From NCBI GenBank assembly GCA_964019335.1, contig OZ025688.1, forward strand, positions 310,001 through 374,000: 64,000 nucleotides of DNA. Reading direction: 5' to 3'. Below, piece after piece: positions 47,739 to 58,392 of the stretch (position 1 is its first letter; each line of letters opens with the position of its first letter). A program made the translations under genes and the position numbers. The notes under the pieces were generated by a model. It searched no databases, was not told the DNA's origin, and saw only the letters and a list, made by a program, of their open reading frames with translations. This DNA comes from Diplonema japonicum. Its lineage: Eukaryota > Protista > Euglenozoa: Diplonemea.

Positions 47739-49948
47739 TAAGGGGCCCCCTGATCCCTTTATTTGGGCAGTGGAGGGGGGGTGTTTGGGCTCCAAAAAAA
47801 AAGAATTATTTGGAATACACTTATTTGGGTTGTACTTATTTGGGCTGGGGGGCCTGCCACATGGATAACAGGGAGCGGGGCTTGGAGCACTTCTTGGTCT
47901 TGTGTTCTTGCCAGTTTTTCTCCCAGGCTGTGGAGAACCCACAAACGTCGCAGACAATCCGCCTGGTTTTGGCGTTAGGTGGTTGCTGGGAGGTTGCGGG
48001 GGTCTGAGAGGCCGCTGGGGCTTGAGAAGCTTCTTGGGAGTCTGTCAGGGCTTGAGAAACTGCAAGGGCTTGGGAGGCTGGAGTCTCGGGTGTAGTGTCC
48101 GTTGTCACACCCGCAACAACGTTCTGTGCTGCACTGTCTAAAGGGTCCGACTCCTTCAAAGTGCTTACTTCGCCAAGTGCTCTTAGCTGTATGGTCTCCA
48201 CGGAACTACCTGGTAGGTAGCCGAGAGACCGCATACAGGTAGAGGTGTCGAGCAGTTGCATGACCTTCTCATGTGCCTGCCCTACCCACAGTGCCACGTT
48301 GATACGGCGCTCTGCTGCAGTCATCGACCCACGTCCCGCCTCAGTTGCTTTGGCATGCCACAGCCCTCCTAACCCCTCAAAATGGAGTTTAAATAACGAA
48401 AAATAAAAAACGTCTAAAAGTTGTAGATCCGTGGTAAGCCCACCAGGGATCACAGCTGGTATAATCTTTGCAGCCTTCATGGCCGCCTTGCTTGCATCGC
48501 TGATGTGGCCTCTGGCTGAGTCCAAAATCAGCAGCACCGTCGCATCTTCAGGCACCGCAGCACGCAAGTATGGGATGTAGACATTAATAAAAAAGTCAGA
48601 ACCCACAACTCCACTTTCGCATGCTGCGACCTGCACCCCTTTGCACTTGTCTATTTCTCCCTGGGACGGGAGCCTGTCCTTCTTCAGCAACACGATGGGC
48701 TCTGGTTGCTTGTCGGTGGTGTTGATGATGGTGATGATCGCACTGGCGAGCCTTTTGGTGTCGGCGGCAGCGATCGTGGGGTCGTCTATGTCGGCATCCT
48801 CCCCAACCGGGCCGACGACGCGGAGGAGGCGTTTGCCGAGTGGGCAGATAGGCGACTCGTCCATGTTGCAAATTATTGCAGTCGGACAGAGTCGGTGGAC
48901 GGAGTGCAGGAACTTAAAGAAGCGTGCAGCTTCAAGCTTCCTCTCCGCCACCGGTTTCCCCTTCAGCCTGCTGACCTTCTTCTCACTAAGGTTTTGCCTC
49001 TTGAGGAAGGAGGCGAAGACCTTGTCAGACAGCACACAATTGCTGTTGACGGGGTCGGACTGGCGGATTTTCTTTTGGAGAAGTTGTCGGGCCTGCAGGT
49101 TGGTGCAGGGCTTTTTTTCTTCCCGTAATTGCGGATCTCGTCCCCCGCTTCTTTTTCCTGGTCAGGAAACTGTGGGGGCCTCCCGCCTCCTGGGGCCCTC
49201 CTCCTCACCCTCGCCTTGGCGTCGCGGCTATTGAACAAGTCGATGTACGCCTGTTCATTTGCCATAATACTGGCAAGGTCACGCCTGCTGAAGGCGTACT
49301 TCCGCGACACCGCCTCCGCACCCGCCGTCTTGCACAAGGCAATTATCCACAACTTCTCCACCACGGTGTACTCACGGCGTCTCTTCTTGTTTTCATGTAC
49401 TTCTTCCTGCTCTTGCTCCTGCTCCTGCTCCTCCTCCTCAGGCTCTTCACCCGCCAACCCGTCTCCGAACGGGTTTGCGTTCAACTGCCCGTCGTACACG
49501 TACCAGTCCTCATCCGTAGGGGGTAAGAAAGCCATTTTAAAGAGGTTTAAGATTGATAGTCTGATGAACAGTGCCTGGGCTTGGCATTACATTCTGAATA
49601 AAATAAACTGCCTTCCACTTCTTGGTCGGGCGTCAGCCACGTCTGCAGCTCTACAGCTCTACAGCCCCCCCCCGTCCCCTCAAAAAAAAAAAAGGAGATC
49701 GGGAATTATTTGGGAAATTTGGAGCGGAAAAATCCCCGAAAAAAAAAAGAATTATTTGGGAAAAAACACATTATTTGGGAGGGAATTATTCGGGCCCCCC
49801 CCTTTATTATACTCAGGTGCTGCTTACCCTGACGACAACTCCTGAAAGCGAATACTCTTCCATCCTCGACGACCTGAAGGCGATCTATCCCGAGGGGGCT
49901 GAGAAATTACACTCCGAGATTATCGCAAAGAAGCGGTGTGCCCCCTAA
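45646..49948 (+). CDS. COG7: Conserved oligomeric Golgi complex subunit 7; exons 45646-46010, 46045-46147, 46193-47680, 49817-49948
   Basis: N-terminal FQEENFDPREWIN..LSLKLQV; C-terminal P...IRQTGEYLLSLPEAL and GMRQLATDVEYLVNVMGAF. A last exon is recovered in frame after a transposon-filled intron. Confidence 0.85.
47739..49806 (-). mobile_element. pogo-family (CENP-B HTH + DDE_1) transposon in the last COG7 intron; transposase 49535->47836 with one frameshift near 49128
   Basis: HTH REYTVVEKLWII..GGGRPPQFPDQE; triad NMDES / LILDSARGH / LQLLDV with DD35D spacing; C-terminal CxxC..H..C finger; TTATTTGGG subterminal repeats at both ends. Termini are approximate (AAGGGGCCC..GGGCCCCCCCCTT). Confidence 0.88.
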
Positions 49949-50305
49949 AGCGACACACGTGGTTCGAAGGGCAAGAAAAGGGAGTTGAGATTTTTTTTTA
50001 AAAAGAAAGTGTGTTATTCCACGAGGGGGGGGAAAAGAAATGTTTCTTTTAGTAGGACGCCACCGACAATTGGCCTTCCTTTATCTCTTATATTTCTTTT
50101 TTCTCTTCGTTTTTTTTTTTCTTTTCTCTCACACTTTTTTTTCTTCTTCTGCAAAAAGATTTCCGCCACAAGGATCTGGAGGTTTTGAACCGTTCACGGA
50201 CGGCTACCTGCCTGCCTGGCGCCATCTCGTTACAGTCCTTGCTGCCCTTTCTGAACTGTGGACGCATTAGTAAATAACAAAGGGAAAAAGAAAAAAAGAA
50301 ACCAA

Positions 50306-51625
50306 ATGATGAGCAAGGTGCTGTGTGTCGCGTCCGTGCTGGGCGTGGCATCTGCCATGTACACGAAGGAGGCTGCGGCCGATGAGATCACGAACCTTCC
50401 TGGGAAGCCCGCGGAGGCGACCTTCAAGATGTTTGGTGGTTACGTGGACATTGGCGGCGGCAAGTCGATCTACTACTGGATGGTGGAGAGCCAGAGCAAC
50501 CCTGCTGCCGACCCCCTCGCCATCTGGACGAACGGCGGACCTGGATGCAGCGGGCTTGGCGGTTTCATGACTGAGCAGGGTCCTTTCAGACTCACCAAGG
50601 ACGGCAACCTCACCATGAACCCCCATGCGTGGAACAAGGTGGCCAACATGGTGTTCATCGAGCAGCCTGCTGGTGTCGGGTTCTCGCAGGCACCCCCCCA
50701 CATGAAGTACAACGACAGCCAGTCGGCCAACGACAACCACCAGTTCATCCTCGGCTTCCTTCAGAGGTACCCGCAGTACAAGGCTAGCCCGTTGTACATC
50801 ACCTCCGAGTCGTACGGGGGGCACTACATGCCCACCCTCGCGAAGGTCATCACTGAAAAGGGTGACATCCCGAACTTCAAGGGCATCTTCGTTGGCAACC
50901 CCCTCACATACATGCCGTACAGGAACTACGGGGAGTTCGGGACGCTTGCTGGGCACAACCTGCTCCCCAAGCCGCTTTGGGACAAGTACATCAAGGCCGG
51001 GTGCAAGGACGATGATTCCTCTGCTGTGTGCCAGGCTTTTGAGGACAAGATGAGCGAGATCACGGCGGACCTTGACCCGTATGCGCTGGACTTCCCTGTG
51101 TGCACCACGACGCAGGCTGCTGGGAGACACGAGAGGCACATCTTCGCAAAGAAAGCTGGTTTGAAGGGGTACTTCCCGGACAACTACACCCCGTGTGACA
51201 GCAACTGGGAGATCACGTACATGAACCGTGTTGACGTGCAGACTGCGATCCACGCAAAGGTGGGGACAAAGTGGTCGGACTGCGCTAACATCGACTACAG
51301 CCAGGATGACGTTAACGCCTCAATGGTGCCCATCTGGAAGCAGCTCATCGCGCTGGGCACCTTGAAGCTTGTCATCTACAGTGGGGACGATGACAGTGTG
51401 TGCGCGACTCTTGGGTCGCAGCAGTTCATCTGGGACATGGGCCTCACCATCAAGAAGGACTGGGCTGCCTGGAAGATCGCCGGCCAGACTGGTGGTTACA
51501 TCACCAGGTTCAACGGCTTCACCTTCGTTACCGTCCATGGCGCTGGCCACATGGTCCCCGCCACCCGCCCCGCCCAGTCCCTTCAGCTCTTTACCGAGTA
51601 CCTTAATGGCCAGCTGACGAACTAG
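50306..51625 (+). CDS. Serine carboxypeptidase, family S10
   Basis: Signal peptide; WTNGGPGCS, EQPAGVGFS, SESYGGHY, YSGDDDSVC, VHGAGHMVP. Confidence 0.96.
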   Translation: MMSKVLCVASVLGVASAMYTKEAAADEITNLPGKPAEATFKMFGGYVDIGGGKSIYYWMVESQSNPAADPLAIWTNGGPGCSGLGGFMTEQGPFRLTKDGNLTMNPHAWNKVANMVFIEQPAGVGFSQAPPHMKYNDSQSANDNHQFILGFLQRYPQYKASPLYITSESYGGHYMPTLAKVITEKGDIPNFKGIFVGNPLTYMPYRNYGEFGTLAGHNLLPKPLWDKYIKAGCKDDDSSAVCQAFEDKMSEITADLDPYALDFPVCTTTQAAGRHERHIFAKKAGLKGYFPDNYTPCDSNWEITYMNRVDVQTAIHAKVGTKWSDCANIDYSQDDVNASMVPIWKQLIALGTLKLVIYSGDDDSVCATLGSQQFIWDMGLTIKKDWAAWKIAGQTGGYITRFNGFTFVTVHGAGHMVPATRPAQSLQLFTEYLNGQLTN

Positions 51626-52127
51626 AGTGGATGCGTAATCTTTTTTTTTTTGTTTGTCCCCATCATGTTGTTTTTTCTTTTTCTCTTTGTTCCCTTGTCT
51701 CCCTGTCCGCCAGCCCCTTCCTCCCCCCTCCCTTTCCCCCCTTCTTCTTCTTTCCCGCCTGCTTATGGTCCATGAGTTTGGTTCAACCTCGTTCCGAAAG
51801 TGGACCGTGTATTTTGGTATTTGAAAAAAGGAGAGGGGGGAAAAAAATGAAAGGAAGAACCCCAACAATAATTTAAAAAAAAGAAGGGGAAACCAAAAAA
51901 ACGTGACTTTTTTTTTTTAAAAAAAAACAAAATTACCGAACAAAAAAAAAAGGGGGTCGAAAGAGGTAAACATGGGTTAAAAAGAAAAATCGTTCGTTTT
52001 TTTTTTTTTTTTTCTCCTCCAGAGTGCAAAACGTTTTTATGTGTTTCCCCCCCCCTCCTTACACCCGTTTTCCCTTATTTACTTCAAAAAAAAAAGTTGT
52101 GGTGGGTGGAAGAGGAAAAAAAAAAAT

Positions 52128-52766
52128 ATGGGAGTCGCACCATCACTGGGTGGAGGGGCCTCACCGGAGATACCAAGCGACATCTCGAAGCTAGCAGCAG
52201 GTCTTCATGAGGAGTACAGAGTAATGAGAAGACCAGGAAAGGAAAGCGACACGGAGGACATCTGTAGGCTAAACTACGGCAGGCAAGGGAAACCATTGCT
52301 GATGGAAAGCCTGAACCCGAACGATTATTTTGCAAACAGCCAAAGAATGGACCGACAGCTAACACATGAGCCGGAAGGACTCTATGTGAAAATCTATCCT
52401 GGGCAGCCGCACTACAGCCTTATTAAATACCCCGTTGACATCCGCAATAATAATAATGAACCGAGGTACTATGGGGAAAGGCCGTGGCGGTGTAATGACA
52501 GGTGGGAGGACTGTGTGGCCAGTTTGTCGGGCGGCCGATTTCCGCCCATTTCTGTGTTCGTGAAGTGTTCTCGAAGTGAGCCTGGCGAAGAGCCGGCTAT
52601 TCCTTATAAATCGCTGTCGCGCCACACCGTAGAATATTACGCGGAACGGGGACAGCGGGGCAACATCCGCAAAGGCCAAAAAGAGAAATACCCATGGGAC
52701 CATCCTTTCGACCCCATCCCACCCCCTCAGTGCTCTGTGGCCCCGGAGCTTCCAAAAGTCGACTAA
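52128..52766 (+). CDS. Hypothetical protein (212 aa), possibly N-myristoylated
   Basis: Clean ORF from the first ATG after a poly(A) run; begins MGVAPS (G2, S6). Confidence 0.6.
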   Translation: MGVAPSLGGGASPEIPSDISKLAAGLHEEYRVMRRPGKESDTEDICRLNYGRQGKPLLMESLNPNDYFANSQRMDRQLTHEPEGLYVKIYPGQPHYSLIKYPVDIRNNNNEPRYYGERPWRCNDRWEDCVASLSGGRFPPISVFVKCSRSEPGEEPAIPYKSLSRHTVEYYAERGQRGNIRKGQKEKYPWDHPFDPIPPPQCSVAPELPKVD

Positions 52767-52797
52767 AAAAAAAAAAGAATCTTTTTTTTTTGGGTAT

Positions 52798-52836
<39 letters not shown>

Positions 52837-52960
52837 GTGCTCGTCATTTTTATTTTATTTTTATTTATTTATTTTGTTAACGATAGTTTTCCCCCCCCAA
52901 AAAAAAGAAAAAAGAAAAAAAAAAAAACCTCAGGGTGTGTGCTGTATTGAAGATGTCAAG

Positions 52961-54559
52961 ATGCCCGGATCGACCGCAGCACCCGTTGTGAAAACCTTCA
53001 AAGATGAAGTGACTGCCGCCTTCAAAGAGCTCGATGTTGAAAAAAAGGGAAAGCTTTCCGCCGATGTCCTCGAGGGGATGTGGGTCAAGATCCTTCCAGA
53101 CTGCACTGCAATGCAGCTCCGCGACCTGAACAGAGTGTTCACAGAGGTGGACCTGGACGACGATGGCGAGGTCTCCCTGGAGGAACTGCTGTTCTTCCTG
53201 GATCCGGACGGCACAGAGGACTTAAAACACAGCAAGGAAGAGAAACAGATACTAACCCTGGCCGGGATGGGCTCCGCATGGAAAGTCTCCCCGCCCGCTT
53301 CCGCTAAAGAAACTCTATGGTGTATCTTAAACCTGGAAGAAGCTGGTAAATACCTTACACACAAAGACTGGCTTCGAAAATCTGCTGTTGTCGTGCAAAC
53401 CATCTCTCAGTTCATGATCCTAGTTAGCATAGTTAACATGATGGTTGAGTCAGAGCCAACCGCCACACTTGAAGCTCGTAAACAAGGCGCGTCTGCAGCA
53501 ACCTTCATAGTTGAGGCCACCACCATCGCATTCTTCACATTGGAACTAATCGCGAGGGTGATTTCCGCCCCGTCGCAAAAAACATTTTGGAGGGAAGGGT
53601 ACACATGGATCGATCTTCTTGCCATTGCACCGTTCTACCTTATCGAGCTGGGCCTTGCGTCGGAATGGACGAAGGGGCTCAGCGTGCTTCGCGCGCTTCG
53701 TTTAACCCGTCTTCTTAGAATACTCAAAGTCGGTCGGCACAGCGTTGGCATACATTTGATGGTGTTATCCGTCCGCAACGCGTTGTTGCCGCTGTGCTGG
53801 TTGTTGTTCGTCCTCTTCCTAGCTACGGTGCTGTTTTCCGCATTAGTCTTCCACGCGGAAACAGGTGTCTCAGCAACGTTGGACGAGACCAGCGAGAAAT
53901 GGTACAGAGACGTTAATTCGTCTTATGTCGATGCTGGTCAGGAAATCGCTTTTGAGAGCATACATGCTTCCATGTGGTGGGCCATCACTACGCTCACGAC
54001 GACTGGTTATGGTGACGTTGTGCCTCGAACGGGGCCTGGGAAGGCTGTAGGTGGGTTAACGATGCTGGCTGGTATTCTTCTTCTCGCGTTTCCCACGACG
54101 ATCCTGACGCAGCAGTTTTCAAAGGTCTTCGCTGAATACGAGAAGCGTAGGATTGGGGAGGAACACAAAGCCGCTGTTCGGTCGAAGATTCTGCAGAAAC
54201 AATATGCTACACCGAATCCTCTTGTCGCAACAGCACCTCTTGAACCCCCATTGCCGACATTTAGCCTTGTGCCTCCTAACGTTTCAGGTAGCTTTGCAGC
54301 ACCTGGTGGGCGGCAAGGACGGTCCATGTCGGTTTCATTCAGTGCACCGCTCAGCCCTCTTGCGCAGGTTCAGATGCCGCAGCAGGTTATCCAACAGTTG
54401 CAAGCTGAGGTTGCCGACCTTCGCGAAGCTCAGGAACGGTTTGCCGAAGACACGAAGCATCAGATATCTACCATCAAGGAAGAGAGCCAGCAACTCCTTA
54501 GCGTGCTGAAGAGTATTCAGCAGTCGTTGCATGCAAGAGGGAACACACCTCAACCCTGA
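52961..54559 (+). CDS. Voltage-gated K+ channel with N-terminal EF-hand pair and C-terminal coiled coil
   Basis: EF loops DVEKKGKLSADV and DLDDDGEVSLEE; S4 RALRLTRLLRILK; pore WWAITTLTTTGYGDVVP. Confidence 0.92.
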   Translation: MPGSTAAPVVKTFKDEVTAAFKELDVEKKGKLSADVLEGMWVKILPDCTAMQLRDLNRVFTEVDLDDDGEVSLEELLFFLDPDGTEDLKHSKEEKQILTLAGMGSAWKVSPPASAKETLWCILNLEEAGKYLTHKDWLRKSAVVVQTISQFMILVSIVNMMVESEPTATLEARKQGASAATFIVEATTIAFFTLELIARVISAPSQKTFWREGYTWIDLLAIAPFYLIELGLASEWTKGLSVLRALRLTRLLRILKVGRHSVGIHLMVLSVRNALLPLCWLLFVLFLATVLFSALVFHAETGVSATLDETSEKWYRDVNSSYVDAGQEIAFESIHASMWWAITTLTTTGYGDVVPRTGPGKAVGGLTMLAGILLLAFPTTILTQQFSKVFAEYEKRRIGEEHKAAVRSKILQKQYATPNPLVATAPLEPPLPTFSLVPPNVSGSFAAPGGRQGRSMSVSFSAPLSPLAQVQMPQQVIQQLQAEVADLREAQERFAEDTKHQISTIKEESQQLLSVLKSIQQSLHARGNTPQP

Positions 54560-54860
54560 TCGAGATCTTTTGGACAACACGGCGCGAAAATAGTTCCTTT
54601 TATTTTTTATTTTTTTCTTCGTATACTTCAAATTTTTTCATCAAAATAACCTGCATTAAAGAGGAGACAGGGCAAAATGAAAAGGGGGGGGGGGGGGGGG
54701 GGTGGGGTCTAATCTCTCTCCACCCCCCGTTCTCCACTTGCCTCTTTCTTATTGTCAGTAACGTAATTCATACATTTTTTTTTTGTTTTTGCTTTCTTTT
54801 TTTTATTTCTTCTTCCATTTATCTGGATGATAGGAGGAAGGGGCAGAACCACACACGTTT

Positions 54861-54896
<36 letters not shown>

Positions 54897-55131
54897 ACAA
54901 TCATGGCTGAAGCACAAGGACAGAGATGCCAGCGTGAGAGTCCCATCTACAGGTGACTGCACATGAAAAGGTGCTGTGGCCCTCAGGAGAGGGATGTGCT
55001 GTGGCCCTTGTTCGAGTTGTTCACATTCTTGGCTTTTTTTTTTTTATTTTTTTTTTTTTAAATTTTATGCCTCGTCAGTTTTCTCAAGCTTTTTAATCAT
55101 CAAAGCTTATGAGATCAGGTTAGTTCACCCA

Positions 55132-55162
<31 letters not shown>

Positions 55163-55257
55163 TGAAACGGAAAAAAAAAAAGAGAAACATGCCAAAAGAA
55201 TAGAATACTCTTTATAAAAAAGGGGCTGTTTCTCTTCCCGGGGATTAAAATAACCCC

Positions 55258-55259
<2 letters not shown>

Positions 55260-55299
<40 letters not shown>

Positions 55300-55306
55300 C
55301 ACACAC
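55260..55306. repeat. (CA)n microsatellite
   Basis: Seen directly. Confidence 0.95.
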
Positions 55307-55660
55307 TTTCGTTTCGCCCTCTTCATTCTACAACCAGCAACCCCAAAAGGGGTTTTTTAAAAAAAAGAAATCGTTCTCTTTGGCTACGTTCTGTTTTTCT
55401 TCTCCCCCCCCTTTTTTTTTACTCTCTTTCTGCGGTCGCCACCTTTTTTTTTTCTTCTACCCGTCAAGGAGCACCAAAAAAAAGTATCTCCCCCCCCTTT
55501 TTTTTGCATGGTCTTTGATTTCTATTATTTATTCACTTTCACGTTCCCCCCCCCCCCCCCCTTCCCCATTTTTTTTATAAAATATTTGCATTCTACAAGA
55601 GAAAAAAAAATAAGAAGAGAAATTAAAAAAAAAAAAGAAAATAAAAAAAATAACCCCAAA

Positions 55661-56840
55661 ATGGGAGACGTGCAAGAGAGGACACGGCTGGTAGACAGTG
55701 CAAGCGTGGTGAGCCATGGCGGGTTTTTGGACAAGATTTTACCGGAGGGTTCGATGCAGGCTGGTGTGTTTAACATAGCAAGCGCAACGCTGGGTGCGGG
55801 GGCTCTGACGCTGCCTTACGCCTTTAAAAAATCAGGGCTCGGAATGGGTATCACATGGCTCGCAGCGGGAATGTTGGCAACAGTCTTCTCTATAAAACTC
55901 CTAATTCAGGTTCTGGAAGTGGTTCGACACAGCCCAGCGTGGAAGGGCCCGAGAAACCTCGATTCTTACGAAGATCTAACCCTCCACCTATTCGGCCGGA
56001 AAACCGAATATTTCGTTGAAGCACAAATCATTGTATTCTGTTACGGAACTGCCATCGCTTACGTCGTAGCGGTGGGGGATATCTTGGACCCTGTTCGGAA
56101 GCTGGACATGATGCCCAGCTTTCTTTCTTACAAGTACGGGAGACAGCTTGTCATGATTATATTCTGGACGTTCCTAATGCTCCCCTTGTCGTTCTTAAAA
56201 TCGGTTAACTCATTGCGGTTCTCCTCCATGCTTGGTGTGGTGTCCATTCTTATTCTAGTCGCCGCGTCGATCTACCACTGTTCTACAAACCGATTTGAAG
56301 ATTGGTCTGAATGCGGGTCAGATTCCGGGTCATGCGATACCGACATCTCGTGGGTTGAGTTTGATATTGGGATGGTGCTCACGGTCCCTCTGATCATGCT
56401 TGCCTATACTTGTCAGGTTAACGTTTTTTCGATTTACAACGAGTTGAAGGACCCTTCTCCTGCGAAGATGATGAAGATATCCTGGCTTGGGATGGGGGGT
56501 TTGTGTTTTGTCGTGTACGGGCTGATGGGGACGTTCGGGTACCTGGACTTCCTCGGCGACACTAAGGGAAACGTTTTGAAGAACCTTGACCCGTCCACAA
56601 ACGCTTTCATCGCTATTGCGTTTGTGGCCATCGCGCTGACGGTGGTGGTGGCGTTCCCATTGGTGGTGTTCCCTTGCAGGGTATGGGGAAGAAGAAGGAA
56701 AAAAAAAAAAAAAAAAAAAAAAAACCAGGATTCAATATTTAACATCCTCATGGCACACAAGTCAGTCAACGAACGTCAGGAACTTCTTGAAGACGCGCAG
56801 ACTCATTTAGATAAATATGAGGTGTGTGTGTGTGTGTGGG

Positions 56841-56876
<36 letters not shown>

Positions 56877-57307
56877 TTGCCTCTACATCATCATCACATG
56901 TGTACATGCCCGGTCCTGGTGCGGCTGGTGGTGCGCCGAGGGTGTACTTGAAGCCGAGTGACAAAATGCATTTCGGTATTTCCTTCTCGATTTCCTTCTC
57001 CGCTTTGGTGTTCGCCCTGTTGATCCCCGAGATCCAGGTGGTCTTCTCTTTCTTGGGAGGGGTTTGCTCGTCTTACCTGTGCTTCTTCCTCCCTGCCGCT
57101 TTCATTAAGAAGCTTAAAAAGATTGAAGACGAGTACTACGTAGGCCCCCTACACGATGAAGAAAAGGACTCCGAGGCTGACCCCGACTTGTGGGACGCCC
57201 CCGGCATCTCTAATGATATTTTCACCACTATCGGGATTGAACTGCTTTACTACGGTGGAATTGTAGCTGGTGTTGGCTCCACGGTGGTTACTGCAATCAC
57301 CCTTTAG
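55661..57307 (+). CDS. Amino acid transporter (AAAP/SLC38 family); introns 56681-56728 and 56822-56875
   Basis: FNIASATLGAGALTLPYAF, AYTCQVNVFSIYNEL, FPLVVFPCR|DSI. The two poly-Lys inserts are bounded by GT..AG and their removal restores the PCRD motif. Confidence 0.92.
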
Positions 57308-57355
57308 AAAAAAAAAAGGGGTATATATATATATTTTCTTCAATAATTGAAATTT

Positions 57356-57391
<36 letters not shown>

Positions 57392-58392
57392 TTTTTTACG
57401 ATAAATAATATGTTTCTCTTTTTTTTTGGGGGAGGAGGGGGTTATTATTACGGGTGGAAAACTATTATTGGGGGGACTGAGAAAAATTATTCAAAAAAAA
57501 CCCCCCCCCCCTCTCATTCCGTTGTTGGTCGCGCGAAGGCAACAGTATTTTTTGCGGGGTCCCGGCGGGCCGTTGCTAACCACTTCGTTCCTATCATAGC
57601 CCCCCCCAGGGTACAGGGGTTTATGTGGGATTTTCCCTTAAACATCGCCTTTTTGATAGGGGAGGAATGGGGACAGAAAATGAGGGGAACTAAAAAAAAA
57701 AAGATTCGAGTTGTGTGTTTTTTTGCAAGTTCACCTAATAGGGTGTGTTCTTTCCTGTGTGTCTTTTTTTGTATGTTTTCCGTTTTCTCCCCCCCCAGCT
57801 CGTCAAGAAAAGAAAGAAAAAGAAAGCCCTTTTAAACGCTTTGAACCTTAAAGATTTGATGAAAACTTGTTATTGCCATTGCAGTCCCCTCCTCCCCCCG
57901 CTTTTCGACCCCCCGACAAAAATGCAACAGAAGAAGCGCTGTTCACCCCTACCCCCCTTCTCAATCTTTCCCATTGTTTATTTTTTTTATCACCCCACTC
58001 CCGGCCCCCTTCTTTTTCTTTTTGTTGTCATGTTTCTTTTTTTTTTCTTTCTCTGTTCCCCTAGATACTGTAAACCGTATTTGCCAACATATAAAGGGAA
58101 TAATGGTAAACAAAGTTTGTGGTTTTTTTTATTATTATTTTATTTTTTTATTTTCATTCTTTTGGGTGGCCTCTGTCCTCCTTTTCCTCCGGGTTTCTTC
58201 TGGTGACTGTTGGACGGACCACCCGCTATTCCCTGCAGCTTCCTTTACCCGTTTAAGCCTGCCTGGTGGTTTTTTTTCGGAAGAGAAGAAAGGAAAAAGA
58301 AAGAAAAAACTTTTTTTTTTTTCAATTCCCTCCAAAATATGACGATCTCATCAGGGGAAGGAAAAAAAAAAAAAAAAAAAAAAAAAAAAGAA

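Noticed and set aside
49105-49130. Programmed frameshift in the transposase at the A7 run
   Set aside because: The frames are better joined by a single missing base near 49128, outside the run; a mutation or sequencing error is simpler.
56681-56875. Poly-Lys tracts as genuine protein features
   Set aside because: They are bounded by GT..AG and interrupt conserved motifs, so they are treated as introns. Poly-K/poly-F ORFs in spacers are homopolymer artefacts.
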